Of a stretch of 32,000 nucleotides of DNA, positions 21,781 to 32,000 are shown piece by piece. The first letter of the stretch is position 1. Each line of letters begins with the position of its first letter. The stretch lies in NCBI RefSeq assembly GCF_000011805.1, contig NC_006840.2, one strand, 5' to 3'. This DNA comes from Aliivibrio fischeri ES114 (lineage in GTDB: Bacteria > Pseudomonadota > Gammaproteobacteria > Enterobacterales > Vibrionaceae). The notes under the pieces are model-generated. The model did not search any database and was not told where the DNA came from. It worked only from the letters and a program-made list of their open reading frames with translations. The translations under genes were made by a program, and so were the position numbers.

Positions 21781-21803
21781 AACTCATAGAGCATAATCAA
21801 TGA

Positions 21804-21837
21804 ACGCTACCCGAGCAGTCGAGTGGCGTTTTTTTTC
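21804..21837 (+). terminator. Terminator-like hairpin between lspA and fkpB
   Basis: AACGCTACCCGA-gcag-TCGAGTGGCGTT (imperfect stem) followed by T-run. Confidence 0.7.
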
Positions 21838-21851
21838 AAGGAAAGATTGAA

Positions 21852-22280
21852 ATGAAAATAGAAAATAACAGTGAAGTTACCCTACATTTCACCATAAAAT
21901 TAAAAGATGGCTCTGTTGCGGATAGTACACATAGTTCAGGTAAACCAGCAAAATTTACTATGGGTGATGGTAGCCTAAGTGAAAATTTTGAGAAATGTTT
22001 ACTTGGTTTAGAAGCCGAGCAAGCTAAAAGTATTGAATTATGTGCTGAAGATGCATTTGGCCTTCCAAACCCTGATAATATCCATCATATGGATAGAAAT
22101 CGCTTTGTAGGTGATGCAGCGGCTGAAGTCGGAACTATTATGGCCTTTAGTGGCCCTGATGGAATGGATATTCCAGGCATCATAACAGAGATTGCTGGTG
22201 ACTCAGTGACAGTTGATTTTAATCACCCATTAGCGGGTCAAGATGTTATCTTTGATGTAGAGATTGTAGCGGTTGGTTAA
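21852..22280 (+). CDS. fkpB: FKBP-type peptidyl-prolyl isomerase (FkpB/SlpA)
   Basis: 142 aa; LHFTIKLKDGSVADSTH, FTMGDGSLSENFEKCLLG, insert region plus VDFNHPLAGQDVIFDVEI; between lspA and ispH. Confidence 0.94.
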   Translation: MKIENNSEVTLHFTIKLKDGSVADSTHSSGKPAKFTMGDGSLSENFEKCLLGLEAEQAKSIELCAEDAFGLPNPDNIHHMDRNRFVGDAAAEVGTIMAFSGPDGMDIPGIITEIAGDSVTVDFNHPLAGQDVIFDVEIVAVG

Positions 22281-22304
22281 TCCAACACAATAAAGAGAAA
22301 GAAA

Positions 22305-23249
22305 ATGAAAATAGTATTAGCTAATCCTCGTGGTTTTTGTGCCGGTGTTGATCGTGCCATTAGCATTGTTGAGCGTGCTTTAGAGTTATATGAAGCACCT
22401 ATTTATGTTCGTCATGAGGTAGTACATAATCGATTTGTTGTTGAAGGATTAAAGCAACGTGGTGCTATTTTTGTTGAAGAATTGCACGAAGTGCCTGACG
22501 ATAATATTGTTATTTTCTCTGCTCATGGTGTTTCACAAGCCGTACGTAAAGAAGCGAAAGAACGAGCATTAACTGTGTTTGATGCAACTTGCCCACTAGT
22601 GACAAAAGTACATATGGAAGTGGCTCGTGCAAGTAAAAAGAATATTGAAGTTGTATTAATAGGTCATGCGGGACACCCAGAAGTTGAAGGTACAATGGGG
22701 CAGTATGCGAGTGATTCAGCTGGTATGTATTTAGTTGAAACTCCTGATGACGTCATTAAATTAAATGTAAAAGATCCATCGAATCTTCATTATGTAAGTC
22801 AAACAACATTATCTGTTGATGAAACCGCTGATGTGATTGATGAATTACGTCGAGTATTTCCTGAAATTCAAGGACCACGTAAAGATGATATTTGTTATGC
22901 AACACAAAATCGTCAAGATGCAGTGCGTGATATGGCAAGCCAAGTGGATGTGATGATCGTTGTTGGTTCTAAAAACTCTTCAAATTCAAATCGTTTACGC
23001 GAATTATCTGAAAAATTAGGGACAACGAGTTATTTAATTGATTGTCCTGAAGATCTTAAAGAAGAATGGTTAACAGAGCAGACTAAAGTTGGTGTAACTG
23101 CTGGAGCTTCAGCCCCTGAAGAATTGGTTAACCAAATTATAGAACAAGTAAAAGCATTTGGCGGAACGGCTGTTGAAGAATTAACTGGTCGTGAAGAAAA
23201 TATGTTTTTTGAAGTGCCAAAAGAATTGCAAATCAAAACGGTATCTTAA
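22305..23249 (+). CDS. ispH: 4-hydroxy-3-methylbut-2-enyl diphosphate reductase
   Basis: 314 aa; [54 protein letters not shown]. Confidence 0.98.
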   Translation: MKIVLANPRGFCAGVDRAISIVERALELYEAPIYVRHEVVHNRFVVEGLKQRGAIFVEELHEVPDDNIVIFSAHGVSQAVRKEAKERALTVFDATCPLVTKVHMEVARASKKNIEVVLIGHAGHPEVEGTMGQYASDSAGMYLVETPDDVIKLNVKDPSNLHYVSQTTLSVDETADVIDELRRVFPEIQGPRKDDICYATQNRQDAVRDMASQVDVMIVVGSKNSSNSNRLRELSEKLGTTSYLIDCPEDLKEEWLTEQTKVGVTAGASAPEELVNQIIEQVKAFGGTAVEELTGREENMFFEVPKELQIKTVS

Positions 23250-23279
23250 TACTTCACATAGTAGTGAATAAAAATTTAA

Positions 23280-24131
<852 letters not shown>

Positions 24132-24140
24132 TTATTACTA

Positions 24141-24172
24141 AGCCCGAATCAATGTGATTCGGGCTTTTTTTT
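24141..24172 (+). terminator. Rho-independent terminator after dapB
   Basis: AGCCCGAATC-aatgt-GATTCGGGCT followed by T-run. Confidence 0.92.
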
Positions 24173-24586
24173 AACTAAAGCCCTGTGATGGTAATGACTT
24201 GAAGGGGAGATACTAACTATTTATCTTTAATTTATTATAATCACTTATTATTCACGAATAATGCTCGGTATACCTTAGTTTTCTCTATTCTTATAAATCT
24301 AACTTCTTCTTGTTTTAAATTAAATTATATAGATAGTACTTGTGGTTTTTTGTGGTTTTGTTTGTGTTTTTGATTGAGATGGTTGTTTTTGTAACTTTTA
24401 TTTGTTGTTTATCGTTTGCTTTGATCTAATGCTTAAATTAACCATTCTAAAAAATGATTTTTTGATGCAAAAACTCATTAAGAGTAAAAAAGCATCAATT
24501 TTAGCTTTAAAAGTTCCATTTTTGACCTTGTATATTGATTTTTAGTTTGAGTTGGCCGAAAAAGTTATTTAATAATGTGTTTTTGG

Positions 24587-24615
24587 TTGACAGTTAATCT
24601 ATACATCTCTAAAAT
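24587..24615 (+). promoter_or_regulatory. Candidate sigma70 promoter upstream of carA
   Basis: TTGACA (24587-24592), 17-nt spacer, TAAAAT (24610-24615); ~110 bp upstream of the proposed carA start. Confidence 0.6.
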
Positions 24616-24674
24616 TTCGCCAATTTGTCAAAAATCGAGCTTGTAGTTTGTTTTTTTGGTTTTAAAAAAATAGT

Positions 24675-24713
24675 TTTGCATATATATTGATGTGAAATGA
24701 ATGATTATTATGT
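24675..24713 (+). promoter_or_regulatory. Candidate tandem ARG boxes (ArgR operator) upstream of carA
   Basis: 18-bp sites centred on TGCATATATATTGA (24677-24690) and TGAATGATTATTAT (24698-24711), separated by 3 bp. Both imperfect versus TGAATwwwwATTCA, but spacing and position fit. Confidence 0.4.
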
Positions 24714-24725
24714 TTGGAGGTTGTC

Positions 24726-25883
24726 TTGAGTAAATCAGCGCTGTTAGTCCTAGAAGATGGGACAGTGTTCCACGGTCAATCGATTGGAGCAGATGGCTCG
24801 GCCGTTGGTGAAGTCGTTTTTAATACTTCGATGACGGGGTATCAAGAAATTCTCACTGATCCTTCCTATTCTCAACAAATCGTTACTCTCACTTATCCCC
24901 ACATTGGCAATACCGGAATCAATTCCGAAGACGAAGAATCTTCTTCAATCCACGCTCAAGGCCTTGTAATTCGCGATCTCCCTCTCTTAGCTTCAAACTT
25001 CCGCAGTGAACAAACCCTTTCTGAATATCTTAAGTCTCAAAATATCGTCGGCATTGCTGATATTGATACTCGTAAATTAACTCGAATTCTTCGTGAAAAA
25101 GGTGCTCAAAACGGTTGTATCGTAGCGGGCACTAATTTAGATGAAGCATTTGCGCTTGCTCAAGCAAAAGAGTTCCCAGGTCTTAAAGGCATGGATTTAG
25201 CAAAAGAAGTAACGACTTCTGAAGCATATCAATGGAAGCAAGGTTCTTGGACTTTGACTGGCGGTTTGCCAGAAGAAAAAGCAGACAGTGAATTACCATT
25301 CCACGTAGTGGCTTATGACTTTGGTGCTAAACGTAACATCTTACGTATGTTAGTTGACCGTGGTTGTCGTTTAACGGTTGTTCCTGCCCAAACTTCTGCA
25401 GAAGAAGTATTAGCAATGAATCCAGATGGCGTATTCCTATCAAATGGCCCTGGTGACCCAGCACCATGTACTTACGCTATTGAAGCAACAAAAGTGTTCC
25501 TAGAAAAAGGTTTACCAATCTTTGGTATCTGTCTTGGTCATCAAATTCTTGCTTTAGCATCTGGCGCTCAAACAGTAAAAATGAAGTTTGGTCATCATGG
25601 TGCAAACCACCCAGTTAAAGACTTGGAGCGTGATGTAGTAATGATCACTGCACAGAACCACGGTTTTGCAGCAGATGAAGAAACGTTACCTGAGAATCTA
25701 CGTGCGACGCACAAATCACTATTTGATGGCACTCTGCAAGGTATCCACCGTACAGATAAACCAGCATTCAGCTTCCAAGGTCACCCTGAAGCAAGCCCAG
25801 GTCCACACGATGCAGCGCCATTGTTTGACCATTTCATTGAATTAATTCAGCAGTCTATTGCTGACAAGACAAACAAAGCTTAA
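24726..25883 (+). CDS. carA: Carbamoyl-phosphate synthase small subunit; start proposed at TTG 24726 (385 aa)
   Basis: (M)[20 protein letters not shown]; GGAGG at 24716-24720 fits TTG 24726 better than TTG 24714; GLHF-like amidotransferase motifs [29 protein letters not shown]. Confidence 0.96.
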   Translation: MSKSALLVLEDGTVFHGQSIGADGSAVGEVVFNTSMTGYQEILTDPSYSQQIVTLTYPHIGNTGINSEDEESSSIHAQGLVIRDLPLLASNFRSEQTLSEYLKSQNIVGIADIDTRKLTRILREKGAQNGCIVAGTNLDEAFALAQAKEFPGLKGMDLAKEVTTSEAYQWKQGSWTLTGGLPEEKADSELPFHVVAYDFGAKRNILRMLVDRGCRLTVVPAQTSAEEVLAMNPDGVFLSNGPGDPAPCTYAIEATKVFLEKGLPIFGICLGHQILALASGAQTVKMKFGHHGANHPVKDLERDVVMITAQNHGFAADEETLPENLRATHKSLFDGTLQGIHRTDKPAFSFQGHPEASPGPHDAAPLFDHFIELIQQSIADKTNKA

Positions 25884-25900
25884 TTCGGAGTAGTAATAAG

Positions 25901-28900
25901 ATGCCAAAACGTACTGATATTAAAAGCGTTCTAATTCTAGGTGCCGGTCCAATTGTAATCGGCCAAGCATGTGAATTTGACTACTCTGGTGCACAAGCAT
26001 GTAAAGCACTTCGTGAAGAAGGCTACCGTGTTATTCTTGTGAACTCTAACCCAGCAACAATCATGACTGACCCAGACATGGCTGATGCAACGTACATTGA
26101 ACCAATTCATTGGGAAGTGGTTCGTAACATCATCGAAAAAGAGCGTCCAGATGCGGTATTACCAACAATGGGTGGTCAAACAGCATTAAACTGTGCGCTT
26201 GATTTAGAAAAGCACGGTGTTCTTGCTGAATTCGGTGTTGAGATGATTGGTGCAACAGCTGATGCAATTGATAAGGCGGAAGACCGTTCTCGTTTTGATA
26301 AAGCGATGAAGTCTATTGGACTTGAGTGTCCACGTGCTGATACAGCAAAAACCATGGAAGAAGCTTACGGCGTTCTAGATATGGTTGGTTTCCCATGTAT
26401 TATTCGTCCATCATTTACGATGGGTGGTACGGGCGGTGGTATCGCATACAACAAAGAAGAGTTCGAAGAAATTTGTCGTCGCGGTTTAGACCTTTCGCCA
26501 ACTAACGAGCTTCTAATCGATGAATCATTAATCGGTTGGAAAGAGTACGAGATGGAAGTGGTTCGTGATAAGAACGATAACTGTATCATCGTATGTGCAA
26601 TTGAAAACTTTGATGCGATGGGTATTCACACTGGTGACTCAATCACGGTTGCGCCAGCACAAACGCTAACGGATAAAGAATACCAACTAATGCGTAATGC
26701 ATCTCTAGCTGTACTGCGTGAGATTGGTGTTGAAACGGGTGGCTCAAACGTACAGTTTGGTATTAACCCGAAAGATGGTCGTATGGTTATCATCGAAATG
26801 AACCCACGAGTATCTCGTTCATCTGCACTTGCTTCTAAAGCAACAGGTTTCCCTATTGCAAAAATTGCAGCGAAATTGGCTATTGGCTTTACGCTTGACG
26901 AGCTAATGAATGACATTACAGGTGGGGCAACGCCTGCGTCATTTGAACCAACAATCGATTACGTTGTTACTAAGATCCCTCGTTTTAACTTCGAAAAATT
27001 CGCAGGGGCTAACGATCGCCTAACAACACAGATGAAATCAGTTGGTGAAGTGATGGCTATCGGCCGTAACCAACAAGAATCTCTACAAAAAGCACTTCGT
27101 GGCCTAGAAGTAGGTGCGACTGGTTTTGATGAGATGGTTGATTTAGATGCTCCTGATGCATTAACAAAAATTCGTCATGAACTGAAAGATGCTGGTGCTG
27201 AGCGTATTTGGTACATCGCTGATGCGTTCCGTGCGGGTATGTCTGTTGATGGTGTGTTTAATCTAACGAATGTTGATCGTTGGTTCCTAGTTCAAATTGA
27301 AGATTTAGTAAAAGAAGAAGAAGCGGTTAAAGCGGGTGGTTTTGCTAATTTAACCGCAGATGCACTTCGTAAACTTAAGCGTAAAGGTTTTGCTGATGCG
27401 CGTCTTTCTAAACTATTGGGCGTTGGTGAGAGTGAAATTCGTCGCCTGCGTGACCAGCATGATATTCACCCTGTATACAAGCGTGTAGATACGTGTGCTG
27501 CTGAGTTCTCATCAGATACGGCTTACATGTACTCATCTTATGATGAAGAGTGTGAAGCAAATCCAACAGACAAAGATAAGATCATGATCTTAGGTGGCGG
27601 TCCAAACCGTATCGGTCAAGGTATTGAGTTTGATTACTGTTGTGTACACGCATCATTAGCACTACGAGAAGATGGCTACGAAACTATCATGGTTAACTGT
27701 AACCCTGAGACTGTTTCTACGGATTACGATACGTCTGACCGTCTATACTTCGAACCAGTTACTCTAGAAGATGTACTAGCAATTGCTCGTGTTGAGAAAC
27801 CAAAAGGCGTGATAGTTCAGTACGGTGGTCAAACTCCACTTAAACTGGCTCGCGCTCTTGAAGCAGCTGGTGTTCCAATCATAGGTACAAGCCCTGATGC
27901 TATCGACCGTGCAGAAGACCGTGAGCGTTTCCAAGTTGCTGTCGACCGTTTGGAGCTTCTTCAACCAGAAAATGCAACGGTTACTACAATGGAGCAGGCG
28001 ATTGATAAATCAAAAGAAATCGGCTTCCCACTCGTAGTACGTCCTTCTTATGTTCTTGGTGGTCGTGCGATGGAAATCGTATATGACGAGCAAGACTTAC
28101 GTCGTTACTTCAATGAAGCAGTAAGCGTATCAAATGAATCTCCAGTACTTCTTGATAGCTTCCTTGATGATGCTGTAGAAGTGGATGTTGATGCGATTTG
28201 TGACGGTGAGCAAGTGGTTATCGGCGGTATCATGGAGCACATCGAGCAAGCGGGTGTTCACTCTGGTGACTCAGCATGTTCTCTTCCTGCTTATACATTA
28301 AGCGAAGAAATCCAAGATGTAATGCGTGATCAAGTACGTAAGCTGGCATTCGAGCTAGGTGTTCGTGGCTTAATGAATACACAGTTTGCTGTTAAAGATA
28401 ACAAAGTATACCTAATCGAAGTTAACCCACGTGCTGCTCGTACGGTTCCATTCGTATCGAAAGCAACTGGTGCACCATTAGCTAAGATTGCAGCGCGTGT
28501 AATGGCGGGTCAATCTCTAGAGTCTCAAGGCTTTACTAAAGAGATCATCCCACCATACTACTCAGTTAAAGAAGTGGTATTACCGTTCAACAAATTCCCT
28601 GGTGTTGACCCACTGTTAGGCCCAGAAATGCGCTCAACGGGTGAAGTTATGGGTGTTGGTACAACGTTTGCTGAAGCATTTGCTAAAGCTGAACTTGGCT
28701 GTAGCAAAGAATACCCAGAAGGTGGTCGTGCATTACTTTCTGTTCGTGAAGGTGATAAGAAACGTGTTGTAGATTTAGCAAAACATCTTGTTAAATTGGG
28801 TTACCAACTGGATGCAACTCACGGTACAGCAGTTATTCTTGGCGAAGCGGGTATTAACCCACGTCTAGTAAACAAGGTACATGAAGGCCGTCCTCATATT

Positions 28901-29131
28901 CTTGACCGTATCAAGAATGGTGAGTACACCTACATCGTTAATACTGCAGCAGGTCGTCAAGCGATTGAAGATTCTAAAGTATTACGTCGTGGTGCACTAG
29001 CTGAGAAAGTAAACTACACAACAACGCTAAATGCAGCATTTGCTAGTTGTTTAGCTCATGAAGCGGATGACCGTAAAACGGTTAACTCTGTTCAAGAGCT
29101 ACACGCTAAAGTGGCAGCTAAATACGCTTAA
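25901..29131 (+). CDS. carB: Carbamoyl-phosphate synthase large subunit
   Basis: 1076 aa; [30 protein letters not shown], internal repeat [22 protein letters not shown]-terminal MGS domain. Confidence 0.98.
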   Translation: MPKRTDIKSVLILGAGPIVIGQACEFDYSGAQACKALREEGYRVILVNSNPATIMTDPDMADATYIEPIHWEVVRNIIEKERPDAVLPTMGGQTALNCALDLEKHGVLAEFGVEMIGATADAIDKAEDRSRFDKAMKSIGLECPRADTAKTMEEAYGVLDMVGFPCIIRPSFTMGGTGGGIAYNKEEFEEICRRGLDLSPTNELLIDESLIGWKEYEMEVVRDKNDNCIIVCAIENFDAMGIHTGDSITVAPAQTLTDKEYQLMRNASLAVLREIGVETGGSNVQFGINPKDGRMVIIEMNPRVSRSSALASKATGFPIAKIAAKLAIGFTLDELMNDITGGATPASFEPTIDYVVTKIPRFNFEKFAGANDRLTTQMKSVGEVMAIGRNQQESLQKALRGLEVGATGFDEMVDLDAPDALTKIRHELKDAGAERIWYIADAFRAGMSVDGVFNLTNVDRWFLVQIEDLVKEEEAVKAGGFANLTADALRKLKRKGFADARLSKLLGVGESEIRRLRDQHDIHPVYKRVDTCAAEFSSDTAYMYSSYDEECEANPTDKDKIMILGGGPNRIGQGIEFDYCCVHASLALREDGYETIMVNCNPETVSTDYDTSDRLYFEPVTLEDVLAIARVEKPKGVIVQYGGQTPLKLARALEAAGVPIIGTSPDAIDRAEDRERFQVAVDRLELLQPENATVTTMEQAIDKSKEIGFPLVVRPSYVLGGRAMEIVYDEQDLRRYFNEAVSVSNESPVLLDSFLDDAVEVDVDAICDGEQVVIGGIMEHIEQAGVHSGDSACSLPAYTLSEEIQDVMRDQVRKLAFELGVRGLMNTQFAVKDNKVYLIEVNPRAARTVPFVSKATGAPLAKIAARVMAGQSLESQGFTKEIIPPYYSVKEVVLPFNKFPGVDPLLGPEMRSTGEVMGVGTTFAEAFAKAELGCSKEYPEGGRALLSVREGDKKRVVDLAKHLVKLGYQLDATHGTAVILGEAGINPRLVNKVHEGRPHILDRIKNGEYTYIVNTAAGRQAIEDSKVLRRGALAEKVNYTTTLNAAFASCLAHEADDRKTVNSVQELHAKVAAKYA

Positions 29132-29172
29132 TCGCGAAACAGACTAAGTAACAATATTAGTTAAGTAATAAT

Positions 29173-29210
29173 AAAAATCCCGAAGAATGAGAGTTCTTCG
29201 GGATTTTTTT
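29173..29210 (+). terminator. Rho-independent terminator after carB
   Basis: AAAAATCCCGAAGAA-tgagag-TTCTTCGGGATTTTTTT. Confidence 0.93.
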
Positions 29211-29279
29211 GGTTTATACCAAGATAACTAAACAGATTAGATTATTAATGGAATTGGTATTACTAATTGCTAGAAAACG

Positions 29280-30686
29280 TTACTCTTGTGATAATTTAAT
29301 TAATTCTTGATAAAAGCTTTTCTCAAAGGAATCTATTGGTCGTTCAACCGGAATTGTTCCTTCTTTTGCTACAACAGGGTGATAATCTGCAACAAATTGA
29401 ACGAACAGCTGAGGCTCTTTATTTTCTAAACCAACAAATCCCGCCATATTATAGCTACCAAATAGTGAACCACTCTTGGATTTCATGCTGCCTTTAATTG
29501 GCTCTTTACGCATGCTATTACGATACTTTAGGGTGCCATCAATACCAGAGGTTGGTAATAGTTCAATTAAACCTAGCTCTTTATCGTATTTATGAATGAA
29601 TTGAAGAATGCTTTTCATTTGATTAGCTGTCATGCGGTTATTACGTGATAAACCAGAACCATCAACTAATACGGCATTACTTAAATCAATATCCGCTTGC
29701 TTTAATAAGATGTCTTTAATTGCAGCTGTGCCATTGGTGAAGCTACCTGGCTGCTGGTAATTTAAATGGCCTAACATCTTAGTCAAGTTATCAGCATAAT
29801 GGTTATCAGACTTTTTGAGCATGTGGTCCAATAATTCCATTAATGGTTTAGAGTTATGGTTAGCTAATACATTTAAGTTGGTTAATTCAGACTTTGGTGC
29901 ACCAAAATGAATTTCACCATTAAGTTTAATATTATGTTCAGCTAGGATTTTAGATACGGTTCTTTTTGTGAAATCTCTTGTATCTTGCACAGCAAATTTT
30001 AACGGCAGAGGCTTATTACGCCTAACTAAACAACCGTTTAGCTCATAATGGTTACCTTGAGTGGTTAACTCTAAGTCGCAGAACGTCGATTTTTGTTCTT
30101 CTCTGCTCACACTTTTAGCATAGCTAGAAAAAGAAATAGGCTGATGAATAGGCACAAAGACTCGGGTACTTCCATCCTCATGAGTGGTGATTGAAGCTTG
30201 AACGCAGTTTTCATCAATACTTAATGCACTTGATGGTGCGCTATAACAGACGCCTAAAATATCCCAAGGCCAGCCCACTGCTCGCTCATATCCAGTAAAG
30301 ATACTTCCATCGATCCATAAATCACCTTGTATGGTTTTTAGTTCACTATCATCAAATAGCTCAGAAAGTTGTTTTCGTGATAGAGAAGGATCGCCAGAGA
30401 AAGTCAAAACAACATCTTTATCCGCTTTATATAATGTTGTTGTAAAAGTGAATTCGGTCCCTAAAGCTAAACGAGCCGCTAATGCAGTGGCAATTTTTAG
30501 GGTGCTTGCTGGTGGCAATAGTTCATCTTGTTTTTGTTGAAACTCTATCTTATTTGATTGTAGATTTTCGACAGTAATAGCGGTTCTGCTACCAGATGGG
30601 AGAGATGAAAGTGTCTCTTTGATATCAGCAATACTTGAAAAAGAAATAAGACTGAGTGCGATAAGGGAGTAACGAGAAAAAAACAT
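29280..30686 (-). CDS. dacB: D-alanyl-D-alanine carboxypeptidase/endopeptidase (PBP4); start proposed at ATG 30686 (468 aa)
   Basis: MFFSRYSLIALSLISFSSIAD signal-like N-terminus; SxxK in PASTLKIATA, SDNHYADNL, DGSGLSRNN, KSGSLFGSYNMAG. Confidence 0.93.
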   Translation of the reverse strand: MFFSRYSLIALSLISFSSIADIKETLSSLPSGSRTAITVENLQSNKIEFQQKQDELLPPASTLKIATALAARLALGTEFTFTTTLYKADKDVVLTFSGDPSLSRKQLSELFDDSELKTIQGDLWIDGSIFTGYERAVGWPWDILGVCYSAPSSALSIDENCVQASITTHEDGSTRVFVPIHQPISFSSYAKSVSREEQKSTFCDLELTTQGNHYELNGCLVRRNKPLPLKFAVQDTRDFTKRTVSKILAEHNIKLNGEIHFGAPKSELTNLNVLANHNSKPLMELLDHMLKKSDNHYADNLTKMLGHLNYQQPGSFTNGTAAIKDILLKQADIDLSNAVLVDGSGLSRNNRMTANQMKSILQFIHKYDKELGLIELLPTSGIDGTLKYRNSMRKEPIKGSMKSKSGSLFGSYNMAGFVGLENKEPQLFVQFVADYHPVVAKEGTIPVERPIDSFEKSFYQELIKLSQE

Positions 30687-30774
30687 GATGAGCTCAATTT
30701 GAAAATAATGAGGTATCTTAACGTCTGTTGATAATGATGTGTAATGAATTAGAAAAATTTCAGAAGGCGTCACA

Positions 30775-30804
30775 AATAAAAAACGCCCACCGAGGTGAGC
30801 GCTT
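30775..30804 (-). terminator. Terminator for the porin gene (minus strand)
   Basis: Minus strand AGCGCTCACC-TC-GGTGGGCGTTTTTTATTTG. Confidence 0.8.
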
Positions 30805-30828
30805 TATTTAAGTAAGAGTTAAGACTGA

Positions 30829-31797
30829 TTAGAAGTCGTAACGCATACCTAGAGCAACTTCGTCTTCTGTCATCGCTTTAGTGATACCTTTTGATGCATC
30901 GTCATCAAGAAGGTTCAGGTTGTAAGAGATGTAAGTACGGAAGTTTGCGTTGAAGAAGTAAGTAGCATCAACAGCAAAGTTGTCAGCGTTTTCGTTGTTA
31001 GCAACAGTTAGAGCATTTGTATCGTGGTCAGCGTTGTTGTATGTCGCTGTGAATACAGTTTTACCCATTGTGTAAGCACCAGCTACTTCGAAACCTGTGT
31101 AGTCTAGGTCAACAACTTCACCTGTAGTGAATGTACCAGCGAAGTAGAAGTCGCCCATAGTCATCGAACCAGCAACCATTGCTTCGTTGTCTGTACCTTG
31201 ATCAGCGTAACCAGCACCTAGTTTGAAACCAGAGTCACCGAATGCGTAGATACCAGAAGTAGAGAAGCCGTCGTTGCTTTCTTGGTTAGCTGCTGCATCA
31301 TCAAAACGGTAGTTTGCTTTGAATGCGAAATCGCCAAATTGACCTTTGTAAGCAATTGCGTTGTCTTCACGGTCAGCTACTGCTAGTTTGTATGCCGCAG
31401 AGTTACCGTGGTAAGCCATGATATCAGTGAAGTCAGTGATAACACCTAGAGCACCGTCGTTTTTACCGTAAGTTACTTCACCGAAGTTACCACCGATACC
31501 TGCGTATGTGTAACGGTTTTCAAGGTTGCCGTTTGGATTTACAGCATCGTTAGTTGTAAATTCACCTTCCCAGAAACCTACACCGTATAGGCCGTCAGAA
31601 ATTTGAGTTGTACCTTTAAAGTTTAGACGGATACGAGTGTTATCTGCAGCGTCACCATCTTTCATAGCTAGACGTGCTTCAGCACGGCCGCCCATTTCGA
31701 TAGATTGTGCTTCGTCTTTATAAAGTTCTGCTGCGTTTACTGCACCAGCTGAAGTAATTGCTGCTACTGCTAGAGCTAATACTTTTTTGTTCATCAT
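30829..31797 (-). CDS. ompU: Gram-negative porin, OmpU-like
   Basis: 322 aa; signal peptide MMNKKVLALAVAAITSAGAVNA-AELYKDEAQSIEMGGRAEARLAMKDG; alternating beta-strand pattern; terminal aromatic EVALGMRYDF; adjacent to dacB as in other vibrios (from memory). Confidence 0.87.
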   Translation of the reverse strand: MMNKKVLALAVAAITSAGAVNAAELYKDEAQSIEMGGRAEARLAMKDGDAADNTRIRLNFKGTTQISDGLYGVGFWEGEFTTNDAVNPNGNLENRYTYAGIGGNFGEVTYGKNDGALGVITDFTDIMAYHGNSAAYKLAVADREDNAIAYKGQFGDFAFKANYRFDDAAANQESNDGFSTSGIYAFGDSGFKLGAGYADQGTDNEAMVAGSMTMGDFYFAGTFTTGEVVDLDYTGFEVAGAYTMGKTVFTATYNNADHDTNALTVANNENADNFAVDATYFFNANFRTYISYNLNLLDDDASKGITKAMTEDEVALGMRYDF

Positions 31798-32000
31798 TAT
31801 TCTAATTCCTATAAGGGTGGAGGAGATTAATTTCCATTTTAAATGAAACGAACTGTTTATTGCTTCTTATGTCTAAGAGTTTCTAATCAGTTACCTTCAC
31901 TGTTTCAATAAGACTATTTTCATGGGTAAAGGCACAAAAAGGTTAGTAAAACAATCTAAAAAGTGCAATTGAACAGCGTTTTTTATTATTTTTGTGTGAT

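Noticed and set aside
21821-21837. Treating the lspA-fkpB spacer hairpin as an attenuator or riboswitch
   Set aside because: Simple stem plus T-run right after the lspA stop is adequately explained as a (possibly leaky) intrinsic terminator.
26365-26916. 74-aa and 96-aa ORFs antisense to carB
   Set aside because: Shadow ORFs opposite strongly conserved carB.

Overview
The window reads as an ordinary vibrio-type housekeeping segment. Protein similarity and gene order suggest Aliivibrio or a close relative (inference, no database search run). Order: recJ (3' part) - prfB (programmed +1 frameshift) - lysS - vpsR - <mutH - rppH - ptsP - TSUP/TauE-family permease - lgt - thyA - <nptA - nhaR - hlyU - <rpsT - murJ - ribF - ileS - lspA - fkpB - ispH - dapB - carA - carB - <dacB - <ompU-like porin. 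I found no CRISPR, transposon, integrase, phage, toxin-antitoxin, defence or biosynthetic cassette, and no tRNA/rRNA, so I do not claim a new system. Items worth a second look: (1) rpsT appears to start at CTG, with an in-frame stop just upstream and no ATG/GTG/TTG giving full-length S20; (2) the 597-bp mutH-rppH gap holds 8 GATC sites plus four DnaA-box-like 9-mers, two matching TTATNCACA exactly; (3) the large non-coding carA upstream region has a consensus-like sigma70 promoter, a tandem ARG-box-like operator with 3-bp spacing, and an unexplained hairpin; (4) the vpsR product lacks GAFTGA and has a modified Walker B; (5) a perfect 13-bp stem without a U-tract lies between recJ and prfB. Several ORF-track starts look over-extended and are corrected here.
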